From positions 26,970,001 to 27,034,000 of the forward strand of contig OX597839.1 in assembly GCA_951406725.2 (NCBI GenBank): a DNA stretch of 64,000 nt. The letters are read 5' to 3'. The notes beneath the pieces were generated by a model, which searched no databases, was not told the DNA's origin, and saw nothing but the letters and a program-made list of their open reading frames with translations. This document shows, one piece after another, positions 57,472 to 64,000 of this stretch; the stretch's first letter is position 1; each line of letters begins with the position of its first letter. The stretch comes from Octopus vulgaris (lineage: Eukaryota). The translations under genes were made by a program, and so were the position numbers.

Positions 57472-58077
57472 ATTTCTTATTTCTTTATTGCCCACAAGGG
57501 GCTAAACACAGAGGGAACAAAACAAGGACAGCCAAAGGTATTAAGTCGATTACATCGACCCCAGTGCGTAACTGGTACTTAATTTATCGACCCCGAAAGA
57601 ATGAAAGGCAAAGTCGACCTCGGCGGAATTTGAACTCAGAACGTAACGGCAGGCAAAATACCTATTTCTTTACTACCCACAAGGGGCTAAACACAGAGGG
57701 GACAAACAAGGACAGCCAAAAGTATTAAGTCGATTACATCGACCCCAGTGCGTAACTGGTACTTAATTTATCAACCCTGAAAGAATGAAAGGCAAAGTCG
57801 ACCTCGGCAGAATTTGAACTCAGAACGTAACGGCAGGCAAAATACCTATTTCTTTACTACCCACAATTGGCTAAACACAGAGGGGACAAACAAGGACAGA
57901 CAAACGGATTAATTCGATTACATCGACCCCAGTGCGTAACTGGTACTTAATTTATCGACCCTGAAAGAATGAAAGGCAAAGTGGACCTCGGCGGAATTTG
58001 AACTCAGAACGTAACGGCAGACGAAATACTGCCAAGCATTTCGCCCGACGTGCCAACGATTCTGCCAGCTCGCCGCC
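57472..58077 (-). mobile_element. Family A SINE head-to-tail trimer
   Basis: One head and three ~185 bp body units; TTTACCATTT duplicated on both sides. Confidence 0.88.
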
Positions 58078-58683
58078 TATTTACCATTTACCGTTTCTGT
58101 GGTGCTCCTCCTTCCTTGATATTCTAAGCACGTGCTTATTTTGCTTAATGGTTAATCCAGCACTGATCCGGGTTCGATTCCTGTACATGCTGTCTTCGAC
58201 AATTTTTTTTTTTACTACACCCTCGGATTAATCAAACCCTTGAGAATATGATTAGACAACTGGAAACTGTGTGGAAGCCTCTCATATGAACTGTGGTACA
58301 CGCAATTAAAAAAAAACAACCTTGTCAAAAAGTGTCACACTGATTCTGCGTGAGAATTACGTTAAAGGTTTATGCAACTTTGGAATACTCGGCCGCTTCC
58401 ATGCTAATTCAGTGAGCAGAAAGTTAAGTTGTTCGAAGAACTGAAGAGACGTCGTCGAAACTTGACGGAGATCCGTCTACACATCTATGTATTAATGCTC
58501 CTCTCTCTCTCTCTCTGCGCCTCGGTCACTCAGTCTACTTAACCGAATTGTAAACTTTCAAGAAACCGTAAAACAGTTGTCAGTAGAAAAACATAGCACT
58601 AAAAGTGTATATATGTTTATATATATATATATATAAACATATATACATACACACATACATACATACATACATACATACATGCA

Positions 58684-58730
<47 letters not shown>

Positions 58731-58789
58731 ACTGTATACATACACACATACATACATACATACATACATACATACATACATACATACAC

Positions 58790-58820
<31 letters not shown>

Positions 58821-58885
58821 CATACATATATACATACATACATACATATACATGTATATATATACATGTATATGTATACATGCAT

Positions 58886-58944
<59 letters not shown>

Positions 58945-59324
58945 CACACACATACATCGCCGTCATTGCCCCCGCCGCCATCTCTACCTCCGTAAACCAA
59001 TAAACTAATAACATTTTTTAAATAAAGTATCTTGGAAAATAACCCACATTCCCCCCCCCGCCACTATGAAGCTACAGAAATCATATCAGTGATGCTTCTA
59101 CTACCGCTACTGCTGCTACTGCGGCTGCTGCTGCTGCTGATCTATATTTGCCCATCAATTTGGATACAATATTCTTCGGCTTTAGTGAGAAACGTTTAGT
59201 ATTTATTGTTATATTTCGGAATGGTCATATTGCCAGTTTAGCCAATAAAAACACACGCACTATATATTTGGTGTTATTTTGCTTCAGTGATATTTATTTT
59301 TTATATTAATCTTAATCTTATTTC

Positions 59325-59369
59325 GGCCAAAGTTCTTTCGTCACACTCCTGTGACCGCATCAGTGGTCC
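59325..59369 (-). ncRNA. Minimal type I hammerhead ribozyme motif in the PLE 3' region
   Basis: Minus strand GGACCA-CTGATGC-G-GTCACA(GGAG)TGTGAC-GAAA-GAA-CTT-TGGCC: 6-bp stem II, stem I ACCA/TGG, A9 replaced by C. Confidence 0.7.
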
Positions 59370-59889
59370 TTTGTTTTCTTCTCACTTACTTGTGTCTCTC
59401 CTTACTAACCGTCAGCCATTTTGTATTTCTATTGTATGTCTTCATTTGCGCATGCTTATATCTCTATGTGCGTCTATGTTTATTTAGTGTGTGTGGGGGG
59501 GGATGTCTGTAATATTTGTATCTTCTGGTTATATACATTCTTGTAATTTGTATTTTGTTTTTGTTGTTGTTGCTTTTGTTCTAATTTTGTTCATGTGTTT
59601 ACATCCACCCATTATTATCATTACATATGCTTGTATGTATGTATAACAACAATATTAGTAATAATAATAATAAATCTAATCGAGAAAAAAAAAAAAAAAA
59701 AAAAGAATATACATATACATATATATATATATATACATACACATACATATACATATATATATATACATATATACACACATATATACACATATACATATAC
59801 ATATATATACACATATACATACACATAGATATTCATTTCTATTTCTTTAATTACCTGTGTATTTATTATGTTTGCAGGATCCACTATTG

Positions 59890-61206
59890 TCATATGTTGT
59901 GGTGTGCGCTATTGCTCCATTCTAGTTTTCTATTCAGGCTAGGTTTATTTTCTATTATATGTGTAGCTTCTGTAATTTGTCTAATTGTTGCATCTGTTCT
60001 ATGTGTGGACAATATCTTAATCTCTATGTTATTGATTGATCCCCCGTGTTCTTGTTCGGCGTGTTGGTACAGAATCGATGAGCTTTTACCTTCCTTGAGT
60101 TGTCTCCAATGTTCATTCACCCGCTCACCAATGCTTCTTGCAGTTTCCCCTACGTATGTTACTGTCTTGTTACTGCATCGTCCCTCTATACATCTTATAC
60201 TATAGACCACATTTCTGGCTTTACAGTTCGTTTGTGGGCTAAATCTACATACAGTGCAATAGTTATCCGTACAGAGAGTTCTACTAAAAGGATAGGTTCT
60301 ACCAATTATAGATCTGATAGGGTTGCCTGGCTTTTCAACAACCTTAATTCTTAGTTTAAGTTTATCTAGGGTCCTTCTAAAGCGGTACGCTAGTTCACCT
60401 CCAGGGGTGGTGTCAACGAACATGACACTCTGGTATTTATGGCTATCATACCAAGAGTTGGCCTTCCTTATTTTCTTTTTTGTCCTTTCTATAGTGTTCC
60501 ATGACTTGTTCCTATAGAGTGGGCAAATCCCATTCCTATCATTACATAATATATTATCAAATTTCTTCATGGCTCCTTTGTATACTCTGATCCTTTCTTT
60601 ATGGCTGTAACCTGAGAACTGCATGCGGTGAATGAAATACTGTATGTGTCTCTTTAATTCTGTAGGCTCGCACATGCGTGACACATTTCTCATTATTCTG
60701 ACGAGGTCTGCCATCAAAATATTGAATTTGGCATTGCCCGCAATGGCTGAGTTCCGGTGGATCAGGTATTTTGAGGCCATAGGTTTTGCATAGTATGAAT
60801 GAAGGATTTGGGTTTTATTTTTCACAATTTCTAGCCAGAGTTCAGTGTCTAGTACTGGTAGTCTATGGTTGGGGTGTTTAGTGGGGTAGTCTATTGTGAC
60901 CTTAATACTCTGGTGGATGGAGTTAGCTATTTGCTGGATGCTCTCCATAGTATTAGTTTCTATTACTATATCAACCGTACTCTCTTGTGGGGGTGCCTTT
61001 ACTACTATATTGATATCATCAACATAGCGAGAGTACATGTTTACGAGTATGGATTTCTGCAGTAGGCATTCTTTAAGCCTTCTGTCCCACCATACCATGA
61101 AGAGGTTGGCCACATCACCAGCGATACTAACACCGATGGCTGCCCCCTCGTCCTGGGCATATATTTTATTATTAAATTTAAATGTGTGGCCTTTTAGGGT
61201 AACTCT
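59890..61206 (-). CDS. Penelope-like element ORF, 5'-truncated: RT C-terminal half plus GIY-YIG endonuclease
   Basis: Frame stays open upstream of the track start to 61206 ([37 protein letters not shown]); RYVDD; Cys linker CTDNYCTVC; [20 protein letters not shown]; no internal stops. Confidence 0.92.
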   Translation of the reverse strand, partial: RVTLKGHTFKFNNKIYAQDEGAAIGVSIAGDVANLFMVWWDRRLKECLLQKSILVNMYSRYVDDINIVVKAPPQESTVDIVIETNTMESIQQIANSIHQSIKVTIDYPTKHPNHRLPVLDTELWLEIVKNKTQILHSYYAKPMASKYLIHRNSAIAGNAKFNILMADLVRIMRNVSRMCEPTELKRHIQYFIHRMQFSGYSHKERIRVYKGAMKKFDNILCNDRNGICPLYRNKSWNTIERTKKKIRKANSWYDSHKYQSVMFVDTTPGGELAYRFRRTLDKLKLRIKVVEKPGNPIRSIIGRTYPFSRTLCTDNYCTVCRFSPQTNCKARNVVYSIRCIEGRCSNKTVTYVGETARSIGERVNEHWRQLKEGKSSSILYQHAEQEHGGSINNIEIKILSTHRTDATIRQITEATHIIENKPSLNRKLEWSNSAHHNI

Positions 61207-61872
61207 TTAGTCAAAGGGAAATAACTCCAAGTCTTTATATTTTTGTCCTTTAAGAGTTATTTCCCCTGCATTACTATTTTTGTAAACACACCAACCAAAT
61301 GACGATCGTGGTGTTAATGGTAACGGTTTCAATATCAAGGCTGGTAGATAGCATCGATCCCCCCGACTAGATAGCATCGACTGGTACTTTATTTCATCGA
61401 CTACAGAAGGTTAAAACGCCAAGTTGGTCTCGGTTGGATTTGAATTGAGAATGTAATAAACGAAAATAATTACCACAAGGTATATGGTCCCACGACCAAG
61501 CAAAGCTGCCTTTGATAACGCACACACACATACACACACATACATACATAGATACCTACATACATACCTACATACACACATACATACATACATACATACA
61601 TACATACATACATACATACATACATACATACATACATACATACATACCTACCAACCTACCTACATAAATACATACATACATACACACATACGCACATACA
61701 TACATACATACATACACACATATATACATAGATGCATACATAAAAGTCCTTGTTTCTCGGAGCTGGTTCGTCTCGAACCTCCTTTATTCAGGCAACCATG
61801 GCCAATCTCTCGTCACCCCTACTGTGTCCCACCTCCATCCCCTGCACTAACTACTATTAAAATGGTAATGGA

Positions 61873-62254
61873 TGGAAGCACTCTGTCGGTTACGACGATG
61901 AGGGTTCCGGTTGATCCGAATCAACGGAACAGCCTGCTCGTGAAACTAACGTGTAAGTGGCTGAGCACTCCACAGACACGTGTACCCTTAACGTAGTTCT
62001 TGGAGATATTCAGCGTGACAGAGAGTGACAAGGCCGGCCCTTTTGAAATACAGGTACAACAGAAACAGGAAGTAAGAGTGAGAGAAAGTTGTGGTGAAAG
62101 AGTACAGCAGGGATCACCACCACCCCCTGCCGGAGCCTCGTGGAGCTTTAGGTGTTTTCGCTCAATAAACACTCACAACGCCCGGTCTGGGAATCGAAAC
62201 CGCGATCCTACGACCGCGAGTCCGCTGCCCTAACCACTGGGCCATTGCGCCTCC
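61873..62254 (-). mobile_element. Family C SINE
   Basis: Reverse complement of 9804-10188. Confidence 0.88.
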
Positions 62255-63109
62255 ACAGCCACCAAATGACGATCGTGGTGTTAATGGTAACGGTTTCAAT
62301 ATTAAGGCTGGAAGATAGAATCGTCCCCCCCCCCCTGGTACTTTATTTCATCGACTACAGAAGGTTAAAACGCCAAGTTGGTCTCGGTTGGATTTGAATT
62401 ACCGCAAGGTATATGGTCCCACGCCCAAACAAATCTGCCTTTGATGATGTTTCGGTTGAGTCAGTGCCGACCTAGGGTTAAACGGGTCCCACGATTCTCA
62501 GATGCTTTGGATCAACAGCTTCCTATCAGATAAGATAGATTTGTGGTCAAATGTGTTTATGACACATCGTAAATGGCGTCTCCCACAGATGTTGTTTACT
62601 TTGGTTTTTAACCGAAATACATAAACAAAATGGATCTTTTGTGACGAGACGAGCACTTCACCAGATGAACCTAGTACTTCAACTGGTAAACAAGCAAAGC
62701 TTAGACACTTTACAGTTGAGGACATTTATTCTTTGGACGAAGAGGTTCGCTTACGCAGACAATGAATCTGTTGAAAGTGGTGAGGAAAGTCGCAATTTGG
62801 GTGAACAACTACGGTAGTTAAAAGAGAAGGGCCTATTATTGCTATTCTTCTGAATTTTTTTCTGTGTCTATGTCCATTAGCTCTCCCTGCAATGAACAAA
62901 CATGGAGGTTAAGAGATGGGACTAGCATAGTTTATTCCCACGAATTATTTTTACGATTCTGTCCGTTAGTTTGTTTGCTATCATTACTCATGAGCCGTGA
63001 ATGCAACTATTTTTTCCTTTTGACTTAGGAACCCATGTTAATCTGAGAGGGTTAATCTGCAACAGTTTAAACAAAACATTAATGGTATCAATACCACAGT
63101 GGTTAAGTG

Positions 63110-63337
63110 CGGCGAGCTGGCAGAGTGGTTAGCACGCCGGGCAAAATGCTTAGCGGTATTTCGTCTGCGTTACGTTGTGAGTTCAAATTCCGCCGAGGTC
63201 GACTTTGCCTTTCATCCTTTCGGGGTCGATAAATTAAGTACCAGTTACGCACTGGGGTCGATGTAATCGACTTAATACCTATGTCTGTCCTTGTTTGTCC
63301 CCTCTGTGTTTAGCCCCTTGTGGGTAATAAAGAAATA
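63110..63337 (+). mobile_element. Family A SINE (older fragments follow to 64000)
   Basis: TSD GGTATCAATACCAC at 63084 and 63338. Confidence 0.88.
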
Positions 63338-64000
63338 GGTATCAATACCACCGGACTTTGGGCCTTAAAGTCCACATTATCCAACGTGGATTCCTTTTCT
63401 TAAGAGCACACTCTTTGGTTCAAGAGAAATTTGGTCGCTGTCATTAAAAGATCAACAGACGATTGGATTGGAAGAATCATTAAACTGTTGGACAAAATGC
63501 CTTGTGGTATTTATACGAATCCCACCAAGGTCAACTTTGTCTTCCATCCTTTGAAGATAGGTGAGATGGCAGAATCGTTCTGAGCTCAAATCCTTCCGCA
63601 GTCGCTCTTGCCTTTCATCTCTGCGGAACCGATAAAATAAAGTATCAGTCAAGTCTCGTAGTTAATGGCCTCACCTGAACCCCTACCCTCAACACTGCAG
63701 TTCTTGTGCTAATACTCCTTCTACTACAAGGCGGCGAACTGGCAGAATCGTTACCGCGCTGGGCGAAATGCTCAGCGGCATTTACGTTCTGAGTTCAAAT
63801 TCCGTCAGGGTCCACCTTAACCTCTCTTCACTTTCGGAGTCGATTAAATAAACACCAGTTGAGCTGTAGGATCGATATAAGCGACGAACGTCCTCCGCCG
63901 AAGCTTCGGGTCTTGTGCCCCTAAGCAGAAGGGACCATTAAATGCGGTGAACTGGCAGAAACGTTAGGACGCCGGGCGAAATGCTTAGTGGCAGTTCGTC

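Larger units (their letters stand above)
59187..61206 (-). mobile_element. Penelope-like retrotransposon (Naiad/Neptune-like) with microsatellite-containing 3' region and hammerhead motif
   Basis: RT/GIY-YIG ORF followed by a 3' non-coding region containing a hammerhead at 59325-59369; possible short TSD CTTTAGT at 59180 and 61205 (uncertain). Confidence 0.8.

Noticed and set aside
57472-58077. CRISPR-like repeat array
   Set aside because: Tandem SINE units with no unique spacers in eukaryotic DNA; the same holds for 3775-4160 and 31560-31845.
59880-59900. Selenocysteine read-through of the PLE TGA
   Set aside because: The TGA lies after the endonuclease end, TAG follows two codons later, and no SECIS was evident by eye.
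62460-63057. piggyBac remnant (GGG-TTAA ends near 62480 and 63056)
   Set aside because: No matching TIR pair or transposase motif.

Overview
Repeat-dense metazoan genomic DNA, most likely octopus (inferred from the tRNA-derived SINE families and extreme microsatellite load). Nearly all ORFs in the track are microsatellite artefacts. The one credible host gene is an intronless class A GPCR (- strand, 48463-49551) with several altered microswitch residues. The rest is mobile DNA: a 5'-truncated Penelope-like element (RT + GIY-YIG, Naiad/Neptune-like), maT (DD37D), mariner, hAT and pogo-like remnants, four non-autonomous Helitrons, RTE, Tx1 and R4/Dong fragments, four tRNA-SINE families and a 5.8 kb higher-order (TTA)n array. 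The most notable signal is about 10 minimal hammerhead-ribozyme motifs, plus 3 half-motifs in long palindromic elements, spread over several short non-coding families. One family combines a tRNA/Pol III head, (TAA)n and a hammerhead tail with a Penelope-style inverted 5' duplication, and is a candidate Penelope-mobilised ribozyme SINE. One hammerhead motif lies on the sense strand just upstream of the GPCR. Repeat boundaries were read by eye and are approximate.
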